Numbered from the stretch's first letter, positions 42,167 through 52,916 are shown. The stretch: 64,000 nucleotides of DNA from Acaryochloridaceae cyanobacterium VAR_48_metabat_390 (GCA_031422435.1 JANPLU010000128.1:1-64000); one strand, 5' to 3'. The notes: generated from the sequence alone by a model not told the origin. Numbers and translations: made by a program.

Positions 42167-42565
42167 ATGACGGCTGACGTACAGACCCAAGACTCCACAA
42201 TCAAATATGGTGAGCGGCTGATTGACGAGGGGAAACTCATTACGTTTCCAAACCCACGGGTAGGGCGTCGGTTTTCAATTCAGATCACCCTGCCAGAATT
42301 TACCTGTAAGTGCCCTTTTTCTGGCTACCCTGACTTTGCCACCATCTACGTGACCTATGTGCCTGACCAGCGCGTTGTGGAGCTAAAAGCCATCAAGCTC
42401 TACATCAACAGCTACCGCGATCGCTATATTTCCCACGAAGAGTCGATTAACCAGATCTTAGATGACCTCGTCGCTGCCTGTGACCCGCTAGAGATGACTG
42501 TCAAAGGTGACTTTACCCCTCGCGGCAACGTCCATACAGTCGTTGAAGTGACGCATCAGAAATAG
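42167..42565 (+). CDS. queF: PreQ0 reductase
   Basis: EFTCKCPFSGYPDFA, ELKAIKLY, SHEE, PRGN. Confidence 0.95.
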   Translation: MTADVQTQDSTIKYGERLIDEGKLITFPNPRVGRRFSIQITLPEFTCKCPFSGYPDFATIYVTYVPDQRVVELKAIKLYINSYRDRYISHEESINQILDDLVAACDPLEMTVKGDFTPRGNVHTVVEVTHQK

Positions 42566-42624
42566 AGTCGGTTGGCGCGGGTTTAGCAAGCGCCGTGCGT
42601 CAAACCTAATTACAGCCAAAAGCT

Positions 42625-43077
42625 CTAGCGTCTGAGGTCATTAGGTTCGATCTCGGTTGGAGAAGACTTTGTCGTAGCAGGCTTAGCCTTTAAGCTTTGC
42701 TGGAGTGACTCAAGCTGCTTTTCTGTCAGAGATAAACGAACCTTCAGCGTAGCGTTTTCTGAGATTAGCGCGCTATTTTGAGCCTGTGCTGTTTTAAGCT
42801 GCTGTTCTATCGCTAGACCCTTCTGCTGAAAGGTGGCTAACTGTTTTTGAGCCGCCGCGAAATCTTTTTGCAGTTTGCCTCTAGACGTAATCGTCGCGGT
42901 GTTTTGATCCTTTAAAAGCTGCATTTGCTGAGTGGTCTGGTCTAGCTCGGTTTTAGTCCGTGCTAAGTCACGATCTTTTTGCTGAAGGTTGCTAATTTGC
43001 CAAATTGCTAATCCCGTAAAAAGTCCTACTACCGCAAAGAATGACAGCAGTATCCAAAGCTGTTTGCGCTGTCCCAC
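42625..43077 (-). CDS. Hypothetical membrane-anchored coiled-coil protein
   Basis: N-terminal TM helix followed by a Q/L/K-rich heptad region. Confidence 0.65.
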   Translation of the reverse strand: MGQRKQLWILLSFFAVVGLFTGLAIWQISNLQQKDRDLARTKTELDQTTQQMQLLKDQNTATITSRGKLQKDFAAAQKQLATFQQKGLAIEQQLKTAQAQNSALISENATLKVRLSLTEKQLESLQQSLKAKPATTKSSPTEIEPNDLRR

Positions 43078-43197
43078 GATCAGTTTTCTCCTCTTATCAC
43101 CATGAGGTCAAGGCTCAAAAAACGCACCAGAACTGAATATTACCCTATTCTCATCCTTTCTTTGGGTTTGCGTGACCTACTAAGGCTTGAGAGGCCG

Positions 43198-43911
43198 CTA
43201 TATTTCCTGGGGTTTAGCCATCGCTAATATGCCCATCGTATCAACGGCGATCGCATAGTGACGCACTGCCTCAAAGCCTGCTTGAGTCGCCAACTCAACT
43301 TGCTCTATCCCTGTCGGAAATCGTGCAAGGCTGGTTTCTAGATAGGCATATTCTTCTTGGAGATCAAAGCGGCTGGCAATAGGCACCACAATCTGCCGTA
43401 AGTACCAGCGCTGAAACTGCTGCATAATTGCCGAGGTGGGGCGATTGAAATCTAAAATGGCGGCACTGGCACCTGGCTTCAGCACCCGATAGATTTCGCT
43501 GAGCGCCTTTGGGATATCGACGACATTTCTTAAACCGTAGCCCATCGTCAGCGCATCCACGGCATTATCGGGTAAAGGCAATACCAAAACATCAGCCTCA
43601 ATCCACTGGAGGGTATTTGCCCACGGCAGGGACTGGGCACGGGCTTTGGCAACTTCTAACTGCTTTGGCGAGAAATCAATGCCAATAAACTGCCCTTGAC
43701 CCCGCAGCGTCCGCGCGGTCATCAGGGTCAAATCCCCACTCCCGCAGCACAGATCTACGTTAACGCCATTGGGTTCGGGGTTAGCCCATCGAATCGCCAT
43801 TTGCTTCCAGACGCGGTGCTGGCCTAGGCTTAGCCATGCATTGAGCTGGTCATAGACAGGCGCAATGTCATCAAATAAAGCCTGAACCTGTTGGGAGAGA
43901 ACGGTGTCCAT
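43198..43911 (-). CDS. menG: UbiE/MenG family quinone methyltransferase
   Basis: FDDIAPVYDQLN..LSLG.H, DLCCGSGD, YGLRNV, RVLKPG. Confidence 0.88.
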   Translation of the reverse strand: MDTVLSQQVQALFDDIAPVYDQLNAWLSLGQHRVWKQMAIRWANPEPNGVNVDLCCGSGDLTLMTARTLRGQGQFIGIDFSPKQLEVAKARAQSLPWANTLQWIEADVLVLPLPDNAVDALTMGYGLRNVVDIPKALSEIYRVLKPGASAAILDFNRPTSAIMQQFQRWYLRQIVVPIASRFDLQEEYAYLETSLARFPTGIEQVELATQAGFEAVRHYAIAVDTMGILAMAKPQEI

Positions 43912-44195
43912 ACAAAATTACGTTTCTATAAGGTCTTATGGTCTCACTACTCCTGAATTTTGTCCGGAGTATTGCGAAAAAGGACTCCCTAATTGGATCT
44001 TTACTCTCTCCCTTAATGGCGTGAAAAATTTTCCTCAAGAATAGAATATCTTTTCTAAGCCGAAAGACTTCTGAGAATTAAGGCAGCTTTCTTAATATTT
44101 TGTTACATTAGTTAGTAGACAAAGCGTTATGCGTTCGTGCAGCTTACAGATTGCCCCGACCTGCTTGCGCCATCAGCCATTTAGAGGATCTAGCA

Positions 44196-44726
44196 GTGAC
44201 GAAGCAAGCTACAAACTATTTGGTTGCTGTATTGCCCAATCGAATTGAGGCAGAGTCTGCTTATTTAGAGCTAAAAGAAGCTGATTTACCGATTGATCAG
44301 CTTGAAATTTTGGGGCGCGGCTATAAGACTGCCGATGAGTTTGGTCTCATTAACCCCAATAACGTAGCGGAGCAACTGACTGATCGGCTTGCCAATGGGG
44401 TGGTGCCCTTTGGGTTTGTAGCAGGCTACCTTTTTAATGTGCTGACGGGTATTGAGCTGATTGGCTGGATTGGCGCGTTTGGAAATCACGTTTTGGGCGG
44501 CATTTTTGCTGCTGCTGCCGCTGCACTGGGTTCTTTTTTGACCGGGACGCTAACAGGCTGGACAACGGGCAGTGGAGACGCGATCGCCTATCGTAACCGT
44601 CTCAACGCGGGGAAATATCTCATCATTGCGACTGGCACTCATGCCTTTATGCGAGAAGCCACAGGGCTACTGCGGCAGTACAACCTTGAAAATATTCAGG
44701 GCTATGTGGAGCAGGCTGAAGGATAG
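44196..44726 (+). CDS. Hypothetical membrane protein
   Basis: NYLVAVL..R..AE.AY, GYK.ADE.G, YRNRLNAGKYL; two Gly-rich TM segments. Confidence 0.7.
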   Translation: MTKQATNYLVAVLPNRIEAESAYLELKEADLPIDQLEILGRGYKTADEFGLINPNNVAEQLTDRLANGVVPFGFVAGYLFNVLTGIELIGWIGAFGNHVLGGIFAAAAAALGSFLTGTLTGWTTGSGDAIAYRNRLNAGKYLIIATGTHAFMREATGLLRQYNLENIQGYVEQAEG

Positions 44727-45064
44727 GCTCAAGGTTTCGGAGGGCTTTGAAAGGCAGGGACAGAGGTGCTGTCTTTCAAAGAGCAGCAGCGCCTCATTTT
44801 TAAAGCGGCTGTTGCTTAACTTGCCTACCTATGCAATGTTGGACGAAACCCCTTGGAAATTAGAGCGTCATGGGATGTCTGATGCCTTGCGGAACTTGAG
44901 GGCGGCAGCAGCGTGCTGAATGTATTCATGAAGATTCTGGTGTCGTTAATCCTTTGGAGTTAGCTGGGTACTATAAGAACTGTGATGGACGGACTCTGGG
45001 TAGCGATCGCCTCAGCATCAAAATCCTCCACCGCGAAGCGTTTTACTATTTCTAACCTCCTGCT

Positions 45065-45838
45065 ATGAACATCATTAGAGTTTGGGCAATTGGCACCAAC
45101 GTGTTTCGAGAGGTGTTTCGAGAGCGCGTCTTATATGTAGCGGCGCTATTTGGGGTGGCGCTGGTGGGCGCAGTTTTGCTTTTAAATGAGGTTTCAGGCG
45201 GGGCAGAAGGCAAAATTAGCTTAGATGTAGGGTTAGCTGGCATTGGCCTTTTGGGGCTGACGGTTGCAGCTTTTATGGGCGCAGGGCTGATTAACAAAGA
45301 AATTGAAAAAAAGACGGCGCTGGTGCTGATTGCCAAGCCCATGAGTCGGGCAGAATTTATTGTTGGCAAGCATTTGGGATTAACCAGCATTTTAGGCGTA
45401 CTGGTTATACTCATGAACCTCATGCTGTTTGGGGTGATGCTATGGCGCGGTATTCCGTTTTCTGTGGGGGCGCTAACGCTATCGGGGCTGTATTTGATTT
45501 TGGAGCTGTCGCTGCTGACGGCGGTGGCGCTGCTATTTGGGGTGTTTACCAGTTCTTTGGTTGCGACAATCCTGACGTTTGCGGTGTACTTTATGGGACA
45601 CTTTAGCCAAAATTTAGTCACCTTAAGCCAAACTATCAAGACAGAATCTGTCAAAAATATTGTGAAAGGGATTTATCTCTTTTTTCCTGATTTATCTCGG
45701 CTTGACCTTAAAAATCAGGCGGTCTATGGGCTGCTGCCAGATTCGGGCATTATGATGCTGAATGCAGGCTACGGCGTTATTTATATTGTGCTGCTGCTGG
45801 CGATCGCCAGTCTCATTTTTTCCAGACGAGAATTTTAG
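45065..45838 (+). CDS. ABC-2 type transporter permease
   Basis: NVFREV.R.R.LY, KEIEKKT....AKP.SR.EFI.GK, F.RREF. Confidence 0.85.
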   Translation: MNIIRVWAIGTNVFREVFRERVLYVAALFGVALVGAVLLLNEVSGGAEGKISLDVGLAGIGLLGLTVAAFMGAGLINKEIEKKTALVLIAKPMSRAEFIVGKHLGLTSILGVLVILMNLMLFGVMLWRGIPFSVGALTLSGLYLILELSLLTAVALLFGVFTSSLVATILTFAVYFMGHFSQNLVTLSQTIKTESVKNIVKGIYLFFPDLSRLDLKNQAVYGLLPDSGIMMLNAGYGVIYIVLLLAIASLIFSRREF

Positions 45839-45883
45839 CCATCCTAAATAAAAGTTAGACTAGATAAAAATAGGCAAATGTAG

Positions 45884-46936
45884 ATGAACCAGGCATCACA
45901 AATCGAATTTCCAGGTGGTTCAAAATCAAGAGTGAATAAAGCTGGTGCGAATGTTCGACATAAATGTGCGACTTCTGAAGATTTGAATATAATTGATGAA
46001 TGGCGAGCAGCTCATCGAGCGGTTCTAAATACATTTCAGGCTAGTTTGCGCAATAGGACACGAGATACAGAAATTGTTGTAGCTCAACGCCACAAAAGGA
46101 AATCTACTATTTTTAACAAATTACATCGCTTTCCAGATATGCAACTGGCACGCATGGATGATGTTGCTGGTTGTAGATTAATTTTTTCTGATATCAATGA
46201 ACTTAATCAGTTTCGCAAAAAAATTCATAAGGCACGATTTCGGCATAAACGCCGTAATGACATTGATAAGTATGACTACATAAAGACACCAAAAAATGCA
46301 GGTTATAGAGGTATTCATGATGTCTATATTTATGATGTCAACTCTGAAGCAGGCAGACCCCTAAAAGGTTTGATGGTTGAGATACAGTATCGCACTAGAA
46401 TACAACATGCGTGGGCAACAGCCGTAGAGGTCATTGGTTATATTACTGAAAGCCAACCAAAGTTTCAAAAAGGAGATCAAAGATATCAAACTGCAATGGC
46501 ACTTACGAGTGAAATTCTAGCTCGGTCATTTGAAAACTCAAAAGGTTGTTTTCCACAAAAACCTGATATTGAGTTAGTCAAAGAGTTCTTAAGTCTGGAT
46601 GATGACCTAAGTCTATTAAAAAAATTGAGAGGTCTTAATGCTGCTGACACAGATATTACCGTCAATCGTAATGCTATTCTTATTATCTCAGAGTCTGGTG
46701 AGCTAGAAATAAAAACATACCGAGATTCTACTGAAGCCCTTCGTGAATTATTTCAGCTAGAAACAGATATGCCAACAAGTGATATTGTCCTTGTTAAAGC
46801 AGATAGCTCAGAAGATGTTCGCTTTGCATTTAAAAATTATTTTTCTGATGCTCAAGACTTTATTCATTTAGTTGAAGAAGGTTGTCAAAAACTTTCTGGA
46901 GTAGGTAATTCTCAAATAAATCGAATACATGAATAG
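45884..46936 (+). CDS. RelA/SpoT-domain small alarmone synthetase homologue with CapRel-like fused C-terminal domain
   Basis: SKSRVNKAG, WRAAH, AQRHKR..TI..KL.R, MDDVAGCR, GYRGIH, EIQYRT..QHAWATAVE, C-terminal DIVLV...FAFKNYFSD; AT-rich. Confidence 0.8.
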   Translation: MNQASQIEFPGGSKSRVNKAGANVRHKCATSEDLNIIDEWRAAHRAVLNTFQASLRNRTRDTEIVVAQRHKRKSTIFNKLHRFPDMQLARMDDVAGCRLIFSDINELNQFRKKIHKARFRHKRRNDIDKYDYIKTPKNAGYRGIHDVYIYDVNSEAGRPLKGLMVEIQYRTRIQHAWATAVEVIGYITESQPKFQKGDQRYQTAMALTSEILARSFENSKGCFPQKPDIELVKEFLSLDDDLSLLKKLRGLNAADTDITVNRNAILIISESGELEIKTYRDSTEALRELFQLETDMPTSDIVLVKADSSEDVRFAFKNYFSDAQDFIHLVEEGCQKLSGVGNSQINRIHE

Positions 46937-47095
46937 TCTATTTTCTAAAATCATGTCCCCTATTGGCTTTCGTCTAAAAAGCGCGTGCACACGGAACGGC
47001 GGCATACGCTATCGGTTAGTTATGATGCAAACATTATTTCCAGCCGATGACACGCCAGCCGGGGCTAAAATCCTAAAGATTCATCAAATATTTCG

Positions 47096-48805
47096 CTAAA
47101 ACAAGAAATATCGCTGTGCCATTGGTAAAACCGTCGCGGGTTCGCAGGTAAGCAATTCACCATCGGCACGCACCTCATAGGTTTCTGGATTGACCTCCAT
47201 GTGGGGCATCGCGCTGTTGAGCTTCATATCGCGCTTAGTTAACTTACGAATCCCCGAGACGGCAACCGCTTTCTTTTGCAGATTCAGCTTTTCAGGCACA
47301 CCGCGCTTGAACGCCGCCTTTGAAACAAAGGTCAAAGAGGTTGCCGCCATTGCGCTGCCGTAGCTACCAAACATCGGGCGCATGTGGACAGGCTGCGGCG
47401 TAGGGATACTGGCATTGGCATCACCCATCTGCGCCCAGGCAATCATGCCGCCCTTCAGCACCATCTCTGGCTTAACCCCAAACATCGCAGGTCGCCAGAG
47501 ACAGAGATCGGCTAGTTTACCCACCTCAATCGAACCTACATAGTTGGAGATGCCGTGAGTAATAGCCGGATTAATCGTGTACTTTGCCACATACCGCTTG
47601 GCACGGAAATTATCATTGCGCTCAGAATCTTGAGCAAGTGCCCCCCGCTGCACCTTCATTTTGTGCCCCGTCTGCCAGGTGCGAATAATCACCTCGCCAA
47701 TGCGTCCCATCGCCTGGGAATCTGACGAAATCATGCTGAAAGCACCCAGGTCATGGAGGATGTCTTCAGCGGCAATGGTTTCACGGCGGATACGAGATTC
47801 CGCAAAGGAAATATCTTCAGGGATATTGGGGTCAAGGTGATGACACACCATGAGCATATCCAGATGCTCGTCTAAGGTATTGAGGGTGTAAGGTCGGGTG
47901 GGGTTGGTAGAAGAAGGTAACACATTCGCCTCAGCACAGACCTTAATAATGTCTGGCGCATGACCGCCCCCTGCCCCTTCGGTGTGATAAGTGTGAATGA
48001 CGCGCCCTTTAAACGCGGAGATCGTGTCTTCTACAAACCCAGATTCGTTGAGGGTATCGGAGTGGATGGCAACCTGTACATCGTAGTCATCCGCCACGCT
48101 GAGGCAGGTGTCGATCGCAGCGGGGGTCGTGCCCCAATCTTCATGGAGCTTAAGGCCGATTGCACCTGCTTCAACCTGTTCTTCAAGGCCAGCGGGTTGG
48201 GCGCTGTTGCCTTTGCCTAAAAAGCCAATGTTCATCGGGAAAGAATCTGCCGCCTGAAGCATCCGGTGCATATACCAAGGGCCAGGGGTGCAGGTGGTGG
48301 CGCTGGTACCTGCCGCCGGGCCTGTACCGCCGCCAATCATAGTGGTAATACCAGAGGCGATCGCCACTTCAATTTGCTGTGGGCAAATAAAGTGAATGTG
48401 AGTATCAATGCCGCCAGCGGTAAGGATCAGCCCTTCTCCAGCGATCGCCTCGGTACCAGGGCCAATAATGATGTTGATGTTGTCTTGAATATAGGGGTTG
48501 CCTGCTTTACCGATCGCCGCAATTTGCCCGTCTTTAATGCCAATATCGGCTTTGACAATGCCCCACCAGTCCAAAATGAGGGCGTTAGTAATGACCGCAT
48601 CGACGGCACCATCTTTATTGGTGATGGGCGATTGCCCCATGCCGTCGCGGATGACCTTACCGCCGCCGAACTTCACCTCATCGCCGTAGGTAGTGTAGTC
48701 CTGCTCAACCTCAATGAAGAGTTCTGTGTCTGCTAAACGAATGCGATCGCCGACGGTTGGTCCAAAGGTATCCGCGTAGGCACGGCGACTCATGCGATAA
48801 CTCAT
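47096..48805 (-). CDS. ureC: Urease alpha subunit
   Basis: [45 protein letters not shown]. Confidence 0.98.
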   Translation of the reverse strand: MSYRMSRRAYADTFGPTVGDRIRLADTELFIEVEQDYTTYGDEVKFGGGKVIRDGMGQSPITNKDGAVDAVITNALILDWWGIVKADIGIKDGQIAAIGKAGNPYIQDNINIIIGPGTEAIAGEGLILTAGGIDTHIHFICPQQIEVAIASGITTMIGGGTGPAAGTSATTCTPGPWYMHRMLQAADSFPMNIGFLGKGNSAQPAGLEEQVEAGAIGLKLHEDWGTTPAAIDTCLSVADDYDVQVAIHSDTLNESGFVEDTISAFKGRVIHTYHTEGAGGGHAPDIIKVCAEANVLPSSTNPTRPYTLNTLDEHLDMLMVCHHLDPNIPEDISFAESRIRRETIAAEDILHDLGAFSMISSDSQAMGRIGEVIIRTWQTGHKMKVQRGALAQDSERNDNFRAKRYVAKYTINPAITHGISNYVGSIEVGKLADLCLWRPAMFGVKPEMVLKGGMIAWAQMGDANASIPTPQPVHMRPMFGSYGSAMAATSLTFVSKAAFKRGVPEKLNLQKKAVAVSGIRKLTKRDMKLNSAMPHMEVNPETYEVRADGELLTCEPATVLPMAQRYFLF

Positions 48806-48909
48806 GGAAACTCCTCACAAATGCAGGTTTGGGGGTGGCGCTGTTTTTCTCTCCCCAGAATAAAGGATTTCTGAGTCAGTGCTGTAGGCTAGCCATCAAT
48901 TTGCTGCTG

Positions 48910-49551
48910 CTACTGCTGAGCGATATCTGTTGTCTCTCCCCACACTTGCGCCAACCGCTGATCGCGTCCACAGGCAAAGCGATAAAAGCGGTACTTGAGC
49001 GCGTTGGTTTCGTAATAGTTTTGGTGATAGTCTTCTGCGGGGTAAAACTCACTTGCCGCAACAATCTCGGTTGCAATGGGCTGGATGCCAGACTGTTCTA
49101 ACGTCTTTTTAGACTGCTGTGCCTGCTTGCGCTGCGCTTCATCGTAGAAAAAGACGCTAGAGCGATACTGAGAACCGCGATCGCAGAACTGACCGCCCCC
49201 ATCAAGTGGATCGACGTTGTGCCAAAACACATCCAAAAGCTTCTCGTAACTTACTTGCGTCGGGTCATAGACCACCTGCACAGATTCTGCGTGACCCGTT
49301 GTACCAGAAGATACCTGACGATAGCTGGGGCGTTCTGTTTGACCACCTGTGTAGCCGGATGTTGTGGAGACGACTCCAGCCAATACATCAAAGGGTTTTT
49401 CCATGCACCAAAAGCATCCGCCAGCAAAGGTTGCTTTGGCTAAGGTTGGAACGGACTCTTGGGGCATAGCGATCGCCTCTGGATGCCAGAACCCTAATAA
49501 AGTTGACAGCATCAGCAATAGAGCAATACAGCGTTTTAAGTTAAATTTCAT
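48910..49551 (-). CDS. msrA: Peptide methionine sulfoxide reductase A with signal peptide
   Basis: FAGGCFWC.E, GYTGG, GHAE, FYPAEDYHQNY. Confidence 0.95.
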   Translation of the reverse strand: MKFNLKRCIALLLMLSTLLGFWHPEAIAMPQESVPTLAKATFAGGCFWCMEKPFDVLAGVVSTTSGYTGGQTERPSYRQVSSGTTGHAESVQVVYDPTQVSYEKLLDVFWHNVDPLDGGGQFCDRGSQYRSSVFFYDEAQRKQAQQSKKTLEQSGIQPIATEIVAASEFYPAEDYHQNYYETNALKYRFYRFACGRDQRLAQVWGETTDIAQQ

Positions 49552-49645
49552 TTAATGGCTCATAGTTCGTTTTCAAGCTTTTGTGACTGAGTACAGTCAA
49601 AGATCCTGTTTCAATCTATACGCCATGGAGTTGGCCTCTTTGAGG

Positions 49646-50068
49646 CTAAAGACTCAATAACAACGTTTCCGTTGTCCAGGTCGCAATCCCACACCCCAAA
49701 AAATCAGCATCCAAAGTCCAAATTGCAGCATCCACTGCCAAGGCGAGCGCCACAGTCGGCCAATCATGAGGATCACGCGGAATTCTTAAAAGCGCTTGTT
49801 CTTTCCATGCACCATAAATCTCTTCAGGAATCAGTCGAGCCTTTGCCTGTGCCAGATTAAATGCAGTTTCGAGCAGTGTCTCACCCGTTGCAGCACTAAA
49901 CTTATCCTGCTTGATCATTGCCTGTATTCTTTTGCGGAGTTCATGCTGCGCCTTACTCCAAGCGGCTTCAGCGACAAATAACTCCAACGTCTCATGGGCA
50001 ATCAATAGCCGTCCTCTATTGCGAATGAGTTCTGCCACAAAAATATTGGCATCCACTACCAACCGCAC
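49646..50068 (-). CDS. PIN domain toxin
   Basis: LVVDANI, RDPHDWPTVALAL, IWT.D.DF; downstream of a small antitoxin. Confidence 0.85.
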   Translation of the reverse strand: MRLVVDANIFVAELIRNRGRLLIAHETLELFVAEAAWSKAQHELRKRIQAMIKQDKFSAATGETLLETAFNLAQAKARLIPEEIYGAWKEQALLRIPRDPHDWPTVALALAVDAAIWTLDADFLGCGIATWTTETLLLSL

Positions 50069-50069
50069 A

Positions 50070-50318
50070 CTAACCTTCCGCAGCCGATAAATTCAAAATC
50101 TGACTCAGGCTTTCTTCATCTAAACCGCTTTCAACTAGAGATTTATCAATTGCCAACTCAAGCTTTGCTAGCGCCGCTTTGATTTCTGTCTCTTCCGAAG
50201 CCAGCACCGGAATATAAAACCCCACAACTTTGTTATGGCGCTTGATCGCCACAGCTTCCTTTGCCGCAAGATAGTGCGTGGCCCTATCTCTAAATTCACG
50301 GATGCCGATTGCTTTCAT
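50070..50318 (-). CDS. Phd/YefM-like antitoxin
   Basis: IGIREFR, V.I.RH.K.VG..IP; tandem tttgtggtca repeats just upstream. Confidence 0.75.
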   Translation of the reverse strand: MKAIGIREFRDRATHYLAAKEAVAIKRHNKVVGFYIPVLASEETEIKAALAKLELAIDKSLVESGLDEESLSQILNLSAAEG

Positions 50319-50392
50319 GAGTTTGTGGTCACTTTGTGGTCATATTTTAACACCCGAAGCTTTAAACATGTGTGCGGTGACTTTGACACAGA

Positions 50393-50905
50393 TTAACCGC
50401 AATTAAGCGTTTCGCGCGTGTTTCGTCCTGTTGTTGAGTTTGTGCCCTCAGCGACTTTGCAAAGTGCAGCCTGTACCGTATCGGTCAAATCCACGTCGGT
50501 AAAATCTGCGCCCGTGATGATGGCACCCTGAAATTGAGCGCTATACACAAACGCACCTTCTAAAATAGCGTTGGTTAAATTAGCCTGCACCAATCGCGCT
50601 GAATCTAAGGTGGCAACACTCAGGTTAACGCCTTCTAAATTTGTATCTTCAAGGTTTGCCCCAAAAAAGCTGACCCCGCTGAGGTTAGACCCTTTAAAGG
50701 TTGAGTTTTTGAGATTGGCTTTGGTAAAGTTTGCGTCGGTTAAATTTTTGCCGGAGAAATCAGCATTGAGCAAAATCTCTTTGGTATAGTCATCTGCCCA
50801 AGCAGGGCTAACCCAGCTCAGCCACAGCAAAATGCTTAACCCCGATACAAAGAGCCAGCTTACCCAATGCTTTAACCCAACACGTTGCATAACCTGATGC
50901 AGCAT
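50393..50905 (-). CDS. Pentapeptide repeat protein
   Basis: A(D/N)(F/L)xx repeats, signal peptide, LC..A.G.N..TG..TRETL.C. Confidence 0.9.
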   Translation of the reverse strand: MLHQVMQRVGLKHWVSWLFVSGLSILLWLSWVSPAWADDYTKEILLNADFSGKNLTDANFTKANLKNSTFKGSNLSGVSFFGANLEDTNLEGVNLSVATLDSARLVQANLTNAILEGAFVYSAQFQGAIITGADFTDVDLTDTVQAALCKVAEGTNSTTGRNTRETLNCG

Positions 50906-51059
50906 AAAGGCGTCCTGATATACGTTCTATGGGTTGGCGATATTGCCCCTTCTCGCTTGGGGGCAATCTTATTTTATGGGCGATCGCCCCATTTACCGTT
51001 CAAGCCTCAACAGAAATTAGAATACCTTTATCATCCTTGTCCAAAGGTATATGTAACTT

Positions 51060-52349
51060 ATGAAGCTCAGCCTCAATGAGCAGCAGAGCGCAGCGGTTAA
51101 GCAAATGAAGCAATTTCTGGCTTCAGAGGCAGATCTATTTTTGCTCCAGGGTTTTGCAGGGACGGGCAAAACCACTACAATTCAGTCCTTTATCCGTGAT
51201 GCTCAAGTAACGCAAAAGAGAATCAAGGTTGCCTTGACTGCCCCCACCAACAAAGCCGTTAAGGTACTGTCACGAATGGCAAACGAGTGGGATCTGCAAT
51301 GGGTAGATACAATGACCATCCATCAGCTTTTAGGGCTAATGCTCAAGCCCAGTCGGGATGGTGGCATGAAGCTAGAACACAAAGGCATAGACTATCTGCC
51401 CCGCTACGACCTCATCGTGCTAGACGAAGCCTCTATGGTCAATCAAGAGCTGTGGATGCACATCATGTTTGGGCTTGCCCACTGCAATAGGGTAAAACTC
51501 ATCTGCATGGGAGATCCGGCCCAGCTCCCGCCGATTGGGGAACCCGCCTCTCAGGTGTTTGACATTACCGACAGAGCTGAGCTAACGGACGTGGTGCGTC
51601 AGGCCAAAGATAACCCGATCGCAGAACTCGTTGATGTGGCAAGGCAGGCCGTCTACAATCCGGCGGTAGTTATTCCCAAAGAGTCTCAGCAAAACCTTGA
51701 TAAAGGCGTTTGGTGGATTAATCGTTCAGAATGGCTGCATCATTTGGTTGCAGCTTTTAAATCAGAGGGGTTTCAATCTGATGCGGATCATGTGCGCGCT
51801 TTAGCCTGGACGAATCGAGAATGTGATTGGCTCAACCATTATGTGCGCTCTAGCATTTATGAGCCGGACGTTGAACCCTATGTTGAAGGGGAACTGCTCA
51901 TTGCCCGAGAGCCGATCTTTCAAGAAGATGAAATTGTGTTGCCAACGTCCACTGAATGTCGCGTGTTTAGCGTGGGGCGATCGCATCGAGGGGGGTATCG
52001 GTGCTGGAATTTAGAGGTGATTTCAGACGAGGGGGGAACCTATGATTTTGAGGTGCTGCACCGCAGTGAACGCGATCGCTACCGTCAAAACCTAGCCCAA
52101 CTAGAGCAGCAGGCGCGCCAGCACTGGACAAAACCCAACTGGAAAGCCTATTTTGCCCTCAAGCAGCAGTTTGCCTATCTAGATTATGGGTACGCGATTA
52201 CAACCCATAAAAGCCAAGGCAGCACTTTTCAAAATGTGTTTGTTGTAGACCAAGATATTGACTGCAACCCGAACCGAGATGAGGCGGCTCAATGTCGCTA
52301 TGTAGCTTACTCTAGAGCTGCAAAGCGTTTGTTCAATACGCTGCAATGA
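51060..52349 (+). CDS. SF1B (RecD/Dda-like) DNA helicase
   Basis: GFAGTGKTT, APTNKA, DEASMV, GDPAQLPPI, YAITTHKSQGS, YVAYSRA. Confidence 0.88.
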   Translation: MKLSLNEQQSAAVKQMKQFLASEADLFLLQGFAGTGKTTTIQSFIRDAQVTQKRIKVALTAPTNKAVKVLSRMANEWDLQWVDTMTIHQLLGLMLKPSRDGGMKLEHKGIDYLPRYDLIVLDEASMVNQELWMHIMFGLAHCNRVKLICMGDPAQLPPIGEPASQVFDITDRAELTDVVRQAKDNPIAELVDVARQAVYNPAVVIPKESQQNLDKGVWWINRSEWLHHLVAAFKSEGFQSDADHVRALAWTNRECDWLNHYVRSSIYEPDVEPYVEGELLIAREPIFQEDEIVLPTSTECRVFSVGRSHRGGYRCWNLEVISDEGGTYDFEVLHRSERDRYRQNLAQLEQQARQHWTKPNWKAYFALKQQFAYLDYGYAITTHKSQGSTFQNVFVVDQDIDCNPNRDEAAQCRYVAYSRAAKRLFNTLQ

Positions 52350-52386
52350 TTTCAGCTAGACGCTCAAATTTAATAACGTCTAAATG

Positions 52387-52507
52387 CTTAGAAAACTCCT
52401 CATGGACGTAAGGGCGAGTTTAGCTGATCCTGCACTGGAAAACCCTAGATTTATCGTCAAAACCTGCCCCTACAGAACCTGGATGTTATTTAACTTTCGT
52501 TCCTAAG
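52387..52507 (-). repeat. Dispersed MITE/REPIN-like element, family 1, copy C
   Basis: Reverse complement matches copies A and B; termini CTTAGAAAA...GTTCCTAAG; overlaps the psb35 stop codon. Confidence 0.8.
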
Positions 52508-52706
52508 GTTTATCTTCAGTGTCAATTTTAGGCAGATAGCCAGGACGCTCTTTGCCTTCCCACCCGACGGGGCGTTTGGAGTTGTAGAACGCAAGTGACC
52601 CCAAAGATACCGCCGCAAAAAAGCCCAGGGCTAACACCCCATAGAACGCATACAGAGAATGCGAACCCGTTCCGGTCAAAGTCGTCAAGTCAAAGGCAAA
52701 AAGCAT
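52503..52706 (-). CDS. psb35: Photosystem II assembly protein Psb35-like
   Basis: GF.AAV.LGS.A.YNSKRPVGWE motif with one TM helix. Confidence 0.75.
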   Translation of the reverse strand: MLFAFDLTTLTGTGSHSLYAFYGVLALGFFAAVSLGSLAFYNSKRPVGWEGKERPGYLPKIDTEDKP

Positions 52707-52858
52707 AATGGCAGAATCCAGCACTGAAACGCTAGAAATAATGATTGTATTTAGAATACTCGGTTTTTGAAGGCGGTGGTGCACGACCTTACTCAGTAAA
52801 TAGCGTTTTTTTGAGGTTTCAACTTTTGAGAGCTACGACTTGACACCATAAAAGAGCG

Positions 52859-52916
52859 ATACTAGACTTAGCGGGTGCCAGATTGTTATGCCTAGCTATG
52901 GCGCTAGATATAGAAC
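52859..52916 (+). promoter_or_regulatory. Putative tandem NrdR boxes
   Basis: Cores CTAGACTTAG (52862) and CTAGATATAG (52904), 42 bp apart, upstream of the RNR gene; resemble CwAtATaTwG. Confidence 0.45.

Noticed and set aside
44727..45064. Long intergenic region and 115-aa ORF 44572-44919
   Set aside because: The ORF overlaps the upstream gene and has no motifs; no RNA structure could be supported.
47096..48805. ureC without ureAB or accessory genes
   Set aside because: Dispersed urease genes are common in cyanobacteria.
50936..50992. Hairpin plus HIP1 upstream of the helicase, superficially like the array repeat
   Set aside because: It lacks the cccaagattttgct core, so it is not counted as a fifth copy.
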